The position numbers and the translations under genes are program-made. Positions 36,070-46,002 of a DNA stretch of 64,000 bases are shown here, piece after piece; positions within the stretch are counted from its first letter, which is position 1; every line of letters begins with the position of its first letter. The stretch spans positions 25,907 through 89,906 of the forward strand of contig JAZKIU010000001.1 of the NCBI GenBank assembly GCA_040384705.1, written 5' to 3'. This DNA is from Patescibacteria group bacterium (GTDB lineage: Bacteria > Patescibacteriota > Minisyncoccia > Phycocordibacterales > Phycocordibacteraceae). The notes under the pieces were generated by a model. The model was not told where the DNA came from and searched no databases. It saw nothing but the letters and a program-made list of their open reading frames with translations.

Positions 36070-38292
36070 ATGAGTAAGTCGTTCTGGAAGAAGCACCTTC
36101 AGAATCCCCACCCTCTCCTTCGCTACGCCTTCATAGGAGGCGGAGTCTTCATGCTCATCTGCGGCGTGGCCATACTCTCGGTCGCGTTCACCCCGATACC
36201 GGACCTTAATTCCTTCGACGCACGCAAGGTGTCGGAGTCGACCAAGATATACGACCGGACCGGCAAGACCATCCTCTACGACCTCAACCACGACATGCGC
36301 CGCAACGTCGTGCCTCTTTCGGCTATGTCCAAGAACCTCCAGCAGGCCTCGATCGCGATCGAGGACGATAAGTTCTATGAGCACAGCGGCGTGCGCCTGT
36401 TCTCGTTCATACGCGCCCTGCTCGCTAATATCGAGAGTGGCTCATTCAGCCAGGGCGGTTCGACCATCACCCAGCAGGTGGTGAAGAACACCATCCTCAC
36501 CGGCAAGAAGAGCCCTATCCGTAAGGTGCAGGAGTGGATACTCGCCTGGAAGCTCGAGGGTAAGTACACGAAGGATGAGATCCTTGAGTTCTATCTCAAC
36601 GTGACCCCGTACGGCGGCACGCTCTATGGCGCGGAGGCGGCAAGCCGTTCCTTCTTCGGGAAATCGGCTTCGGACCTATCACTCGCCGAGGCCGCGTACC
36701 TGGCCGCGCTCCCCCAAGCGCCGAGCTATTACTCCCCATACGGCAACAATCGCGCCGCACTTGATAGCCGCAAGGACCAGGTGCTCTCCCGCATGCTGCA
36801 TCTCGGCTATATCGATGAAGCGACATACACGACGGCGAAGAGCGAGGCGGTGACGTTCAGTCGCCAGCAGAATGGGGGTATCATAGCTCCCCACTTCGTC
36901 TTCTATGTAGAGCAGTACCTCGAGCAGAAGTACGGAACAGACGTCGTGAACCAAGGCCTTTCCATAATCACCACACTCGATGTCGATCTTCAGAATGATG
37001 CGGAGGAGATAGTGAACCGCTACGCGCTCGCGAACGAGGGCAGGTTCAATGCGGAGAACGCGGCGCTCGTCGCGATCGATCCCAAGACTGGGCAGATACT
37101 TTCCATGGTGGGTTCCCGTAACTACTTCGATCCGGATATCGACGGCAACTACAACATCGCGCTCGCTCCCCGGCAGCCAGGCTCCGCCTTCAAGCCGTTC
37201 GTGTACGCAGCGGCTATCGCGAAAGGCTACACACCCGAGTCCGTCCTCTTTGATCTCCCTACCCAGTTCTCGACCGCCTGCTCCCCAAGCGACGTATTCA
37301 ATAGTGCGCCGCCTTGCTACGCACCAGGTAACTACGACCAGACATTCCGTGGCCCGATGACGTTCACTTCCGCGCTCCAGCAGTCGATAAACATCCCAGC
37401 GGTGCAGACCCTCTATCTCGCCGGTATCAAGAACGTCATCGACCTCGCAACGCGCATGGGCATCCAAGGCCTTGGCGACCCGAAGGATTACGGTCTCTCA
37501 TTCGCGCTCGGTGCCGCTGAGGTGCGCCTTCTTGATATCACGAGCGCGTACGGTGTCTTCGGCAATGACGGTATCCGCCATGCGCCAACTGGGGTGCTCG
37601 AGGTCCGCGATAAGAAAGGAAAGATCATCGAGAAGTTTGAAGAACGCGGCGAGATGGTGCTCGATAGCAACGTAGCGCGTCAGATGGCGTCTATCATGTC
37701 GAATAACGACGCGCGTATCCCCGCGTACGCAGCCAACAATCCGCTCACAGTCGCCGGATACGACGTTGCAGCTAAAACCGGCACAACCAACGAATCGCGC
37801 GACGCATGGACCGTCGGATACACCCCGGATATCGCGGTTGGTGTGTGGGCCGGCAACAACGATAATCGCCCGATGGTGAAGGAAATCGCAGGATACATCG
37901 TCGCCCCTATGTGGAACGAATTCATGAAGAAAGCCCTCGTGAAGAAGCCGGCGACCTTCTTCCAAGAGCCTCCCGCAACGCCGACCGATGTTTCCCCTGC
38001 GCTTCGTGGCCAATCATTCGTACAAGCGGCCGACGGAAGCATGAGTGCGCACAGCCTCCTGTACTGGACGAACAAGGACGCTCCGCAAGGCCCTCCTCCT
38101 GCGAATCCGGGATCCGATCCTCAATTCCCCTACTGGGAAGCTCCTATACAGGCATGGCTCGCTTCAGGGGGCGCCATGCCGTCGCAGGAAACGACCCAGA
38201 ACGAGGAGGATCTGCTCGATGAGTTGGACGACTTACTTGATCAAGCAGCCGACCTCCAACGGAAGCAGCGGCCCGACATCGGAGGACAGTAA
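36070..38292 (+). CDS. Penicillin-binding protein 1A (bifunctional transglycosylase/transpeptidase)
   Basis: GT51 motifs (EDDKFYEHSGV, GGSTITQQVVKN) and transpeptidase motifs (SAFKPF, SLN-like, KTGTT), plus a C-terminal acidic tail. Confidence 0.9.
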   Translation: MSKSFWKKHLQNPHPLLRYAFIGGGVFMLICGVAILSVAFTPIPDLNSFDARKVSESTKIYDRTGKTILYDLNHDMRRNVVPLSAMSKNLQQASIAIEDDKFYEHSGVRLFSFIRALLANIESGSFSQGGSTITQQVVKNTILTGKKSPIRKVQEWILAWKLEGKYTKDEILEFYLNVTPYGGTLYGAEAASRSFFGKSASDLSLAEAAYLAALPQAPSYYSPYGNNRAALDSRKDQVLSRMLHLGYIDEATYTTAKSEAVTFSRQQNGGIIAPHFVFYVEQYLEQKYGTDVVNQGLSIITTLDVDLQNDAEEIVNRYALANEGRFNAENAALVAIDPKTGQILSMVGSRNYFDPDIDGNYNIALAPRQPGSAFKPFVYAAAIAKGYTPESVLFDLPTQFSTACSPSDVFNSAPPCYAPGNYDQTFRGPMTFTSALQQSINIPAVQTLYLAGIKNVIDLATRMGIQGLGDPKDYGLSFALGAAEVRLLDITSAYGVFGNDGIRHAPTGVLEVRDKKGKIIEKFEERGEMVLDSNVARQMASIMSNNDARIPAYAANNPLTVAGYDVAAKTGTTNESRDAWTVGYTPDIAVGVWAGNNDNRPMVKEIAGYIVAPMWNEFMKKALVKKPATFFQEPPATPTDVSPALRGQSFVQAADGSMSAHSLLYWTNKDAPQGPPPANPGSDPQFPYWEAPIQAWLASGGAMPSQETTQNEEDLLDELDDLLDQAADLQRKQRPDIGGQ

Positions 38293-38325
38293 AAGAAACG
38301 AGCGCCTAAGGCGCTCGTTTCTTTT
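38293..38325. terminator. Bidirectional terminator between PBP1A and dnaN
   Basis: AAGAAACGAGCGCC-TAA-GGCGCTCGTTTCTTTT. Confidence 0.6.
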
Positions 38326-39424
38326 ACTGATTCATCGGCATTACCAAATACAAGAATGAGTTGTCACCAGTGCCTCGCATCACGAGCGCACGCCCTATCC
38401 CTGAGGCTGAAAGCGTAATGCTCTCGGAGGGAATTATCGAAAGTGCTGCAGTGAGGTAGCGATGATTGAACGAGAGCTCTATCGAGTCGCCGGACACCGC
38501 TCCTGCGACCTCCTCATTCGATTCCCCTATATCCGCATTCTGTGCGGAGAGCTGTATACGCTTGCTGGCAGGATCAAACGCGAGCCGTACCTTCTGGAAA
38601 GTGTCGGAGAAGACCGCGGTGCGCCTGAGCGCAGTCTCGAAATCCTTCTTGATGAGGTTCGCTTCGGCGAGGAATGACTTCGGTATTATCTGCGCGTAGT
38701 CAGGATAGTTCGCGGCGACGAGGCGCGTGGTGACGAGCCCTCCCTTCCAGCTCATCGCGCATTGGTGCTCGTCGAGAGCTACGGAGATATCCTCGGCCGG
38801 AAGCGTCTGCACGATATCGAGCGCGTTCTTGGCTGGGATAAGCATCGAGAACGGCGCGATGGAGCCGGTGAGCGATATCTTCTTCTCCGCGAGTCGGAAG
38901 GAATCGGTAGCCACCGCCTTCAATTGCCCGCCTTCCGCTGAGATAAGAACACTTGCGAGCTCGGGACGAACGGTCGAGGTCGATGCGAATGCAGCGACGG
39001 ACGAAATGAGGTTCGCGAGCACTGCGCCCGGGAGCGTAAATTCGCTCGTAGGAGCGTCCGGGATAGGCAGTATAGGGAAATCCTCGGAGGCGAGGGTCTT
39101 GAGCGTGCTCTTGGCCGTTCCTGCGGCAATGATGACGGTATCTCCCGCGTGCTTGAGGGATAGTTTCCCATTCCCCGACATGCTCGCGGTTATCTCACGG
39201 AGAACATTTGCCGGAAGCACGACTACTCCCGTCTCTTCGATGGTGCCTTCGACCTTGATATCGATACCGGTCTCCAGGTTCGTTGCACGAAGCTTGATGC
39301 CATCGTCCCCTGCGATGAGCGCGATGCCTGCAAGGACAGGAAGACTGCCTGATCGTCGCTCTGCGAATCGAGCTACGCTCCCCACCGCTTCCTTGAATGC
39401 ATTTTTATCTAGAGAAATAATCAT
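38324..39424 (-). CDS. dnaN: DNA polymerase III beta subunit (sliding clamp)
   Basis: 366 aa three-domain clamp, directly downstream of dnaA. Confidence 0.9.
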   Translation of the reverse strand: MIISLDKNAFKEAVGSVARFAERRSGSLPVLAGIALIAGDDGIKLRATNLETGIDIKVEGTIEETGVVVLPANVLREITASMSGNGKLSLKHAGDTVIIAAGTAKSTLKTLASEDFPILPIPDAPTSEFTLPGAVLANLISSVAAFASTSTVRPELASVLISAEGGQLKAVATDSFRLAEKKISLTGSIAPFSMLIPAKNALDIVQTLPAEDISVALDEHQCAMSWKGGLVTTRLVAANYPDYAQIIPKSFLAEANLIKKDFETALRRTAVFSDTFQKVRLAFDPASKRIQLSAQNADIGESNEEVAGAVSGDSIELSFNHRYLTAALSIIPSESITLSASGIGRALVMRGTGDNSFLYLVMPMNQ

Positions 39425-39665
39425 ATCGCTACTATTATTAGGGGTGTTGATACCGTGGATATCGATTCTGAGCCTGTAGCTGCGGCGTATAAATTATTTC
39501 GGCGTCCCACTAAGCTGTTGAAAACCCGAGTACAGCTTCGTTCGATGCTGGGGACGAGAATCGAAGACCCGGTTTCCTGTCCCCAACCACCCTCCTGTCT
39601 CCCCATCCTGTCCGCTGTCTTTTCCATATCTTTTCCCCACTATACCAACATACTTCTCCCCCGGG

Positions 39666-41024
39666 TTATACCAGGAGCGAACGGATGTCCTGGATCTCTT
39701 TCGCGAGCTCCGCGTCCTCGCGTACCTCCCGCTTCACCTTCTCGCACGAGTGGATGACGGTCGTGTGGTCGCGGCCGCCCAGCTTCGAGCCTATCGTCGG
39801 GTACGACACGCTGAAATCCTCCCGGAGGATGTACATGATGACCTGACGAGGACGCACCACTTCCCTTCTGCGGGTCTTTTCATAGATGCTTTCCTCGTCT
39901 ATTCCGTAGAACTCGGCGACTTTCGAGACCACATGCTTCACCGACACTGTTTTCGTAGGGCGGGAGAAGGAACGGAGCGATTGGCGTACTTCGGCGAGGT
40001 CCGGCGGAACGCCCTTCACCTGCGTGTGGCAGACGACGGAGTTGATGACGCCCTCGAGTTCGCGGATGGAACCTGAAATGGAGGCTGCGATGTGCTCGAC
40101 GACCTCGTCCGAGAGCGTAACACCATGAATAGCTGCCTTCCTGCGCACGATGTTCATCCTCGACTCCCTATCCGGTTCGCTGATATCAACCGTCATACCG
40201 CTCTGGAAGCGTCCACGGAGCCTTTCCGCGATGTCCGGGATAGCGGCCGGAGAACGGTCGGACGAGAAGATTATCTGCTTGTTGTTGTCGTGGAGAGAGT
40301 TGAAGAGATGGAAGAGCTCCTCCTGGAACTTATCCTTCTTCGAGAAGAACTGGACGTCGTCCACTATCAGAAGATCGTACTGGCGGTACTTCTCCTTGAA
40401 TCGGTTGGCGGTACCCGCCTGGAGCGAGTCAGTGTATTCGTTACCGAAGCGGTCCGACGTGAGATAGAAGACCTTGCGGGTCGGGTACAGCTTCTTGTAC
40501 TGGTTCCCTATCGCCTGGATGAGGTGGGTCTTTCCTCTTCCAGTGTCCCCATATATGAAGAGTGGGTTATACGTAATACCTGGGCGGCGTATGACCGCTT
40601 CCGCTGCGCTGTGCGCCAGGTCATTGAACGAGCCCACCACGAACGTTTCGAAGGTGTAGCGCGGATTGAGGTTATCGCTCTTGTTGATATAGAACTCATT
40701 GAGCGGTAGTTCCGGTGTCGGAACCGGCTGACGCTTCACTTCTTTAGGCTTCCGTCGGTCATCTTTCACTATCATGTACTCGATATTCCGGTATTCGTAG
40801 GAAACAGAGCGCACTATCTTCAGAAGAAGCGTGTGGAACTTCTTCAGGTACCAGTCGCGGAAGAATTGGCTCGGGACCCCGACGTATACGATGCCGTCCT
40901 CTATCTTTATTATCGAACTATCACGGAACCAGGTGTTGAAATTAGCTTGGGATATGGAAAGTTCGACTTGCGTGAGCATATATTCCCAGAGTTCGCGCGT
41001 ATCGAGACGATTCATAGTGTTCAT
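39666..41024 (-). CDS. dnaA: Chromosomal replication initiator DnaA
   Basis: AAA+ Walker A GDTGRGKTHL, sensor motifs, and the C-terminal DNA-binding signature LGGRDHTTVIHSCEKV. Confidence 0.95.
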   Translation of the reverse strand: MNTMNRLDTRELWEYMLTQVELSISQANFNTWFRDSSIIKIEDGIVYVGVPSQFFRDWYLKKFHTLLLKIVRSVSYEYRNIEYMIVKDDRRKPKEVKRQPVPTPELPLNEFYINKSDNLNPRYTFETFVVGSFNDLAHSAAEAVIRRPGITYNPLFIYGDTGRGKTHLIQAIGNQYKKLYPTRKVFYLTSDRFGNEYTDSLQAGTANRFKEKYRQYDLLIVDDVQFFSKKDKFQEELFHLFNSLHDNNKQIIFSSDRSPAAIPDIAERLRGRFQSGMTVDISEPDRESRMNIVRRKAAIHGVTLSDEVVEHIAASISGSIRELEGVINSVVCHTQVKGVPPDLAEVRQSLRSFSRPTKTVSVKHVVSKVAEFYGIDEESIYEKTRRREVVRPRQVIMYILREDFSVSYPTIGSKLGGRDHTTVIHSCEKVKREVREDAELAKEIQDIRSLLV

Positions 41025-41116
41025 GTCCCGGGTAGTATACCCAACCTGTGGATAAAGAGCGAAAACAGCGGTTTCCTTGCTCGCTTGGCGTCAAGCTGGT
41101 ACTATCCTGTGGATTA
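41025..41116. promoter_or_regulatory. dnaA-rpmH intergenic region with two DnaA boxes (candidate oriC / autoregulatory boxes)
   Basis: Perfect box TGTGGATAA at about 41047-41055 and variant TGTGGATTA at about 41108-41116, the latter overlapping the rpmH ATG. A TATACT -10 for dnaA on the minus strand lies at about 41034-41039. Confidence 0.55.
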
Positions 41117-41253
41117 TGCCAAAGCGCACGTATCAGCCGAAGAAGAGGAAGCGCGCCCGAACTCACGGGTTCCGCGCTCGTACTGCGACGCCGTCGGGCA
41201 GGAAGCTCCTGCTCCGCCGCCGCCGCAAGGGTCGCGCGAAGCTTACCGTCTAA
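41116..41253 (+). CDS. rpmH: 50S ribosomal protein L34
   Basis: [45 protein letters not shown] (45 aa); below the track cutoff. Confidence 0.85.
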   Translation: MPKRTYQPKKRKRARTHGFRARTATPSGRKLLLRRRRKGRAKLTV

Positions 41254-41588
41254 TGATGCCGCGTCGCCTGCGACTCTCTCGGGAGACGTTCGCGAAAGCA
41301 GCCTCGGGAAGGCGCGCCACAAGCGCGCATTTTTCCGTTACGGTCCGGAATACGGCCAAGGAAGGCGGTGCAGCAGTCGTTATCTCCAAGAAAGTGGCTA
41401 AGAAGTCGGTGGACCGCCACCTGCTCAAGCGCCGTGCGCTCGATGTGATCCGTCCACTCGTCTCCCCCACCTATTCCATGATCATCTACGCGAGATCAGG
41501 AAGCCCCGCCCTCTCATACCGCGCGCTCAAGGAGGAACTGACCCAGCTCGTTACGGAGGCGGTAGGTTCTGGGAAGGATATGCGATAG
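41253..41588 (+). CDS. rnpA: Ribonuclease P protein component
   Basis: [15 protein letters not shown]..., about 111 aa and basic, in the rpmH-rnpA-yidC order. Its start overlaps the rpmH stop (TAATG). Confidence 0.75.
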   Translation: MMPRRLRLSRETFAKAASGRRATSAHFSVTVRNTAKEGGAAVVISKKVAKKSVDRHLLKRRALDVIRPLVSPTYSMIIYARSGSPALSYRALKEELTQLVTEAVGSGKDMR

Positions 41589-41598
41589 TCTGTAGTCC

Positions 41599-42333
41599 AT
41601 GACGTCATTCTTCCACACCGTTCTCTACACGCCGATATACAACCTCCTCATATTCCTCACCGATGTCCTTCCGGGCGGCGATATCGGTCTTGCGGTCATC
41701 GCAGCGACCATCATCGTGAAGCTCATTATCATGCCACTCTCCCTTTCGGCGCTCCGTACGCAGAAGGTCATAAAGCTCATCGACCCGAAGGTGAAGGAGC
41801 TCAAAGTGAAATACAAGGACGATAAGGAGAAGCTCGCTATTCAGACCTTCGCGCTCTACAAGGAGTACGGCATAAACCCGTTCGCAGGGCTCCTCACACT
41901 GTTCATTCAGCTCCCCATCCTCCTCACCCTTTTCTGGGTGTTCCAGTCGAAGACCCTCCTTACAGTGGACACGAACATGCTCTACTCGTTCGTTCCCGTA
42001 CCCGAGATGATATCCCCGAATTTCCTCGGTCTATTCGCTATCGGAAGCGCGAGTATCACGCTTGCACTCGTCGCGGCCGTCCTCCAGTTCGTCCACGGCT
42101 ACTACAGCTTCCCTATCCCGGAGAAGAGCACCGCTACCGGCAAGGATGCGCTCCACGCAGACTTCGGCCGCTCCATGGCGCTCCAGATGCGCTTCCTCCT
42201 CCCTATCTTCGTCGGTATCGGCGCGTACGTGACGAGTAATGCCATAGCGCTTTACCTCATCACCGCGAGCGTCGTGGGCCTCGCGCAGGAATTCTATATA
42301 CGCCGTAAGAACGACTCTTCCGCTACGAAATAA
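41599..42333 (+). CDS. yidC: Membrane protein insertase YidC (short form)
   Basis: Five TM helices and the conserved PFAGLLTLFIQLPIL region. Confidence 0.85.
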   Translation: MTSFFHTVLYTPIYNLLIFLTDVLPGGDIGLAVIAATIIVKLIIMPLSLSALRTQKVIKLIDPKVKELKVKYKDDKEKLAIQTFALYKEYGINPFAGLLTLFIQLPILLTLFWVFQSKTLLTVDTNMLYSFVPVPEMISPNFLGLFAIGSASITLALVAAVLQFVHGYYSFPIPEKSTATGKDALHADFGRSMALQMRFLLPIFVGIGAYVTSNAIALYLITASVVGLAQEFYIRRKNDSSATK

Positions 42334-42336
42334 GAG

Positions 42337-43575
42337 CTACAGGTCGTAGGACCACAAGGATCCATCGACCTTATTCATGAAAACGAGCACGTCTTCGCCC
42401 GCATCGATCGAGAGCGATTGAGCATCTATCTGCACGTCCGCGAGCTGGCGCGGATCGAACGTAAGGGTTGCGACGCGCGTAGCTAAATCAATACGCCATA
42501 CACGGTCCGAGAAGGAGCGGGCACCCTGGTACCAATCATCGGGCAGTATGCCTGAGAGCGAGGTAGGGACGCCGCAATAGAGGGCATCGCTGCCTGGTGT
42601 CCACACGCATTTCTCCGGCAGGGTCGAGAGCGGCAGAGGAACGGCAGTGCGGGTGGCGGTGTCGAAGACCTGCGTATATATCTTTCCGCGGTCAGCGTAG
42701 CTATAGAGGATCTTCGTGCCGGACGGTGATGGGAGAGTCGAAAGCCCGCGGAGCGGCCCGAGGACGCGCGTGAACGTTCCTGCCTTGTCGACGAGGAACG
42801 CATATCCGTCGAGATGTGCGGAGGCTTTGGTCTGCGCTACATACCCGCTTCCTGCGAAGGCGACGCGCAGCGATGACATCACTGAGGAGAAGATGGTCGT
42901 GGCGCCGCTGCCGTCGGTGTTCATTATGGTCGCGACCGATCCGCTGCCGCTTGAGAGGAGCGTAAGGACGCTCGAGCTCGCCGCCGTTATCTGCGCGAGG
43001 CCTTGCGTAAGGAAATAGCCCCCTTCCCCGCTCACCGGCAGTAGGTACGTGCTTACGCGCTCTTCGGTACCGTCCTTCTCAAGGAACCGTACGAAGGCGC
43101 GCGAACCATCGCGCGTCCATGAAGCGTCCTCGATACCAGGCAGCGTCTTGTTCGAAAGCCTCGTCATCGTGCGCTCGTGGATTCGGAAGGAGTACACGTT
43201 ACCACTCTGCCGATCGATATAGCGGACTTCCACATCTTCTGGCACTGCGATAACCGTCGTCTGGGTCGTTGTCGCGGTCGAGGAAGCCGTTACCGGCGCG
43301 GAAAGTTGCGGTGGGAAGTATATAGATGCGGTGCCTTTGGCGACCGGTCCGTTCGTGAGCTTCATGAGGCGTGGAGGGAAGACGGTCCCGGCTCCAGGCG
43401 TAGGCACCCCCGTGTCCACGGGTGTCACTGCTCCCGGATCCCTGTCGTCCGCGGAACCGAATGGGTCAGGACCAACCGCAATACCAGAGCCTTTGGAGAA
43501 GAAAAGGAAGTATGCGCTAAGCCCCAACGCAATGAGGAGGACGAGCGTACCGACGATGATGAGGATGCGACGCAT
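42337..43575 (-). CDS. Secreted or membrane-anchored protein, possible beta-propeller, last gene of the T4SS-like operon
   Basis: Start at the internal ATG (MRRILIIVGTLVLLIAL); Trp/Asp-containing repeat-like segments; stop lies 2 nt from the upstream gene. Confidence 0.5.
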   Translation of the reverse strand: MRRILIIVGTLVLLIALGLSAYFLFFSKGSGIAVGPDPFGSADDRDPGAVTPVDTGVPTPGAGTVFPPRLMKLTNGPVAKGTASIYFPPQLSAPVTASSTATTTQTTVIAVPEDVEVRYIDRQSGNVYSFRIHERTMTRLSNKTLPGIEDASWTRDGSRAFVRFLEKDGTEERVSTYLLPVSGEGGYFLTQGLAQITAASSSVLTLLSSGSGSVATIMNTDGSGATTIFSSVMSSLRVAFAGSGYVAQTKASAHLDGYAFLVDKAGTFTRVLGPLRGLSTLPSPSGTKILYSYADRGKIYTQVFDTATRTAVPLPLSTLPEKCVWTPGSDALYCGVPTSLSGILPDDWYQGARSFSDRVWRIDLATRVATLTFDPRQLADVQIDAQSLSIDAGEDVLVFMNKVDGSLWSYDL

Positions 43576-43577
43576 AA

Positions 43578-44540
43578 TTATTTCTTGTCGTACGAACAGG
43601 AGCAGTACTGCTTCTGCCCGTTCGCCGTCTTCGCGGTGCTGCACGAGACCCCATCCCCTTTCTGGTAATTGCAGCACTGGATAGCGGTATTATCGGTCCA
43701 CGCTATCTCCGTGCCGTGCGGGATGGATTTGCATGCGGTATTCGGCTCGCCAGTCGCCGGTATCTTGGACTGAGGCGGGTTCTGCGGGGAAACAGGCGCA
43801 GTCTTCAGTCCGCAGCAGATGCCGCCGTTCAGGTTCGTCGCGCAGCAGCTATCGGTGATCCGCAGTTCCCCCTTCCCTCCGTCGCACGCATTACCTTGCG
43901 GCTTCACCACAGTCTTGTCCTTATATTCTTCGCAGCTCGCGGCCGGAGTAGTGCCCTCTCTCTTCATGCAAATTGTTACGACCGTCCCGGTGCACGTTCC
44001 GCCGTCGGGTATTGGAGCTATGGCGCCACCATCGGCGGGTTTGCAGTTGGCTATAGGCAGGCCGCCCTGCTGCAAGCACTGCGTGCTGGCCGTACCGTAC
44101 GACGAAGTGTCGTTCGCCCATAGGATATCTTCCGCGATACTATCACCGGCCGATAGATCGGAAAGTCCTCGTATCTCGAGCTTCAGTATGTCCGGATTGA
44201 TTATGGAGAAGACGATGGTGGGCGCGAGGACGAGCAGTAGGCCGATGATAGTATCGCGGATGAGATTCTTCGCGTCCCCTATCTTCTCGTGGCTACCGGC
44301 CGCCGTCATCCAGGTCACGCCTGCCCGCATTATCTGCAGGACGCCAATGGCGGCTGCGAGCCCGATACATATCATGTATACGCTGTTGAGGAAGTTCGGG
44401 AGGTCGGCCGCGTTGCCTGCGAACGTTACGTTCTGTATGTTCGTGAGCGGCACAAAGCCCACTTCCGTATCCTGCGCAAAGGCAAGAACAGGAGCCAAGA
44501 CAATCATGGATATTACGAATGTAAGGAAAGTCTTTTTCAT
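43578..44540 (-). CDS. VirB2/TrbC-like pilin module fused to a roughly 200-aa Cys-rich extracellular domain
   Basis: Signal peptide MKKTFLTFVISMIVLAPVLAFA, then two hydrophobic helices separated by a short charged loop (…MICIGLAAAIGVLQIMRAG…AGSHEKIGDAKN…IIGLLLVLAPTIVFSII), then about 22 cysteines (CC, CxC patterns). Confidence 0.5.
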   Translation of the reverse strand: MKKTFLTFVISMIVLAPVLAFAQDTEVGFVPLTNIQNVTFAGNAADLPNFLNSVYMICIGLAAAIGVLQIMRAGVTWMTAAGSHEKIGDAKNLIRDTIIGLLLVLAPTIVFSIINPDILKLEIRGLSDLSAGDSIAEDILWANDTSSYGTASTQCLQQGGLPIANCKPADGGAIAPIPDGGTCTGTVVTICMKREGTTPAASCEEYKDKTVVKPQGNACDGGKGELRITDSCCATNLNGGICCGLKTAPVSPQNPPQSKIPATGEPNTACKSIPHGTEIAWTDNTAIQCCNYQKGDGVSCSTAKTANGQKQYCSCSYDKK

Positions 44541-45514
44541 AGTCCGAATATACCAAGCCCACGCTCCTCCCCGAACTTAACTTGGAGGCGTTGTTCAGCG
44601 GTTGCGAAAGTCGCCGCCTGCTTAACACGGGCGATGAGGTTCGCGACCCCTCCCCCGCTCCCCGTCGCTCGGAGCGTAACGTCCTTATCGCTTCCACTCT
44701 CGGCATTGTTCACGAGCCAGGTGAGCGCGGATCCATTTGGGAAATAGTACGGAACGGCGCGGAATGTCTGCTCATCCCCGCCCATGGTGATGGCTCCTGA
44801 AAGCGCGGTATCGAAAAGGGGTCCGAGGAGCGGATCATTACGATATATACGGACGAGTGGATCTATCGGGGACACTACCGCACTGGTCTGCGCTACGATC
44901 GCGCTATCCGCGCTCGTTACGGTGAGTGTCACGCGGGTATCACGGAAGCGCACAGGCGCTGTTGCTGAAAGGTAGGACTTGCCGATACCGGACTCCGCTT
45001 GGAGCACGCGGTCCCCCAGGCGCCACGTATAGACGAGCGAGCTCGCGGGAAGGCGGGTGCCTGCCGAGGAGCGCAAATCAGGGAGTGCGATGATGCGTAG
45101 GAGTCCCTCCGAAGCGACACCCGCACCGCCCTGGTAGAACGGATGGGTGGTAGTGACCGGCTCTATAACGAGCGACACATCAGCAGGACGGACCGAAAGG
45201 GTCTTGTTGTAGGTGCGTCCTTCGGCGGTCACCGAGACGGTGATGGTGGTGACGCTTCCAGGCCCGCCAACAGTCACGTTCGTGGGTGCGGTGCCGCTCC
45301 CACGCGAGACGACGGTGCCGTTCGCTGAGACGGTGACCGCGCTTGAGGAAAGGTCGACGAGCGTGCTGCTTGGGGTCACCACAATCGTCTGGTATGGCTT
45401 CGGATACTCGGGGGAGATTGTTACGGTAAGCGGCTCGACCCCGCCGAATTGCGCATGGAGCGCACTCGGTACGAGAAGCGCGATGAGCGCGAGCGGGAAA
45501 AACAACCTCGACAT
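44537..45514 (-). CDS. Secreted protein with Ig-like beta-rich repeats
   Basis: Signal peptide MSRLFFPLALIALLVPSALHA; Thr/Val/Ser-rich beta segments. Confidence 0.45.
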   Translation of the reverse strand: MSRLFFPLALIALLVPSALHAQFGGVEPLTVTISPEYPKPYQTIVVTPSSTLVDLSSSAVTVSANGTVVSRGSGTAPTNVTVGGPGSVTTITVSVTAEGRTYNKTLSVRPADVSLVIEPVTTTHPFYQGGAGVASEGLLRIIALPDLRSSAGTRLPASSLVYTWRLGDRVLQAESGIGKSYLSATAPVRFRDTRVTLTVTSADSAIVAQTSAVVSPIDPLVRIYRNDPLLGPLFDTALSGAITMGGDEQTFRAVPYYFPNGSALTWLVNNAESGSDKDVTLRATGSGGGVANLIARVKQAATFATAEQRLQVKFGEERGLGIFGL

Positions 45515-45564
45515 ACCGCTAGTATAGCGCCCTTTCACGTAGCAGGACGGATACGCCTGGGTAT

Positions 45565-46002
45565 TTATGCAGCTTCACGATGTTCGCCCGCAGCTGGTGC
45601 ATTATCATTCGCCGGCGTACCTCTTCTCATTCTTCGCTTCCCTACCTGCTGCGTAAGGAATGGCGCATTCTTCTTCTCTTTCTCCCCCACCTCCTTATTG
45701 TGCTGATAGATGAGCATCGCTACCCCAGTGGTAGTAGCAGGAAGCGCATTAATGAACGGAACGAGCTCGACGACGATAGCTGAGAGCGAGGTGAAGAGCT
45801 TCCCACCACCCTTGTTCGTGATGTATTGGACGCCGAGTAGCTGGAACCAGATGAAGAACACTATCCACACGAGCGGCGTAAGGAACCACGAGAAAACGGC
45901 ACCGAGCACCGTAAGCGTCAGGAGGAATTGGATAAGGTCTACGAGTATCGCTACAGCGAGAAGCGAGAAGATAGCGACCGGGCCTATCTTCTCCTGCTTC
46001 AT
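45565..46002 (-). CDS. Small polytopic membrane protein (three TM helices)
   Basis: Hydrophobic, with a Trp/Phe-rich middle; directly downstream of the VirB4 ATPase ORF with a 4-nt overlap. Confidence 0.45.
   Translation of the reverse strand: MKQEKIGPVAIFSLLAVAILVDLIQFLLTLTVLGAVFSWFLTPLVWIVFFIWFQLLGVQYITNKGGGKLFTSLSAIVVELVPFINALPATTTGVAMLIYQHNKEVGEKEKKNAPFLTQQVGKRRMRRGTPANDNAPAAGEHREAA

Noticed and set aside
40833-41252. Upstream part of plus ORF 40833..41588
   Set aside because: It overlaps dnaA on the opposite strand. Only the C-terminal 111 aa, from MMPRRL at about 41253, correspond to RnpA. rpmH lies in a different frame at 41116..41253.
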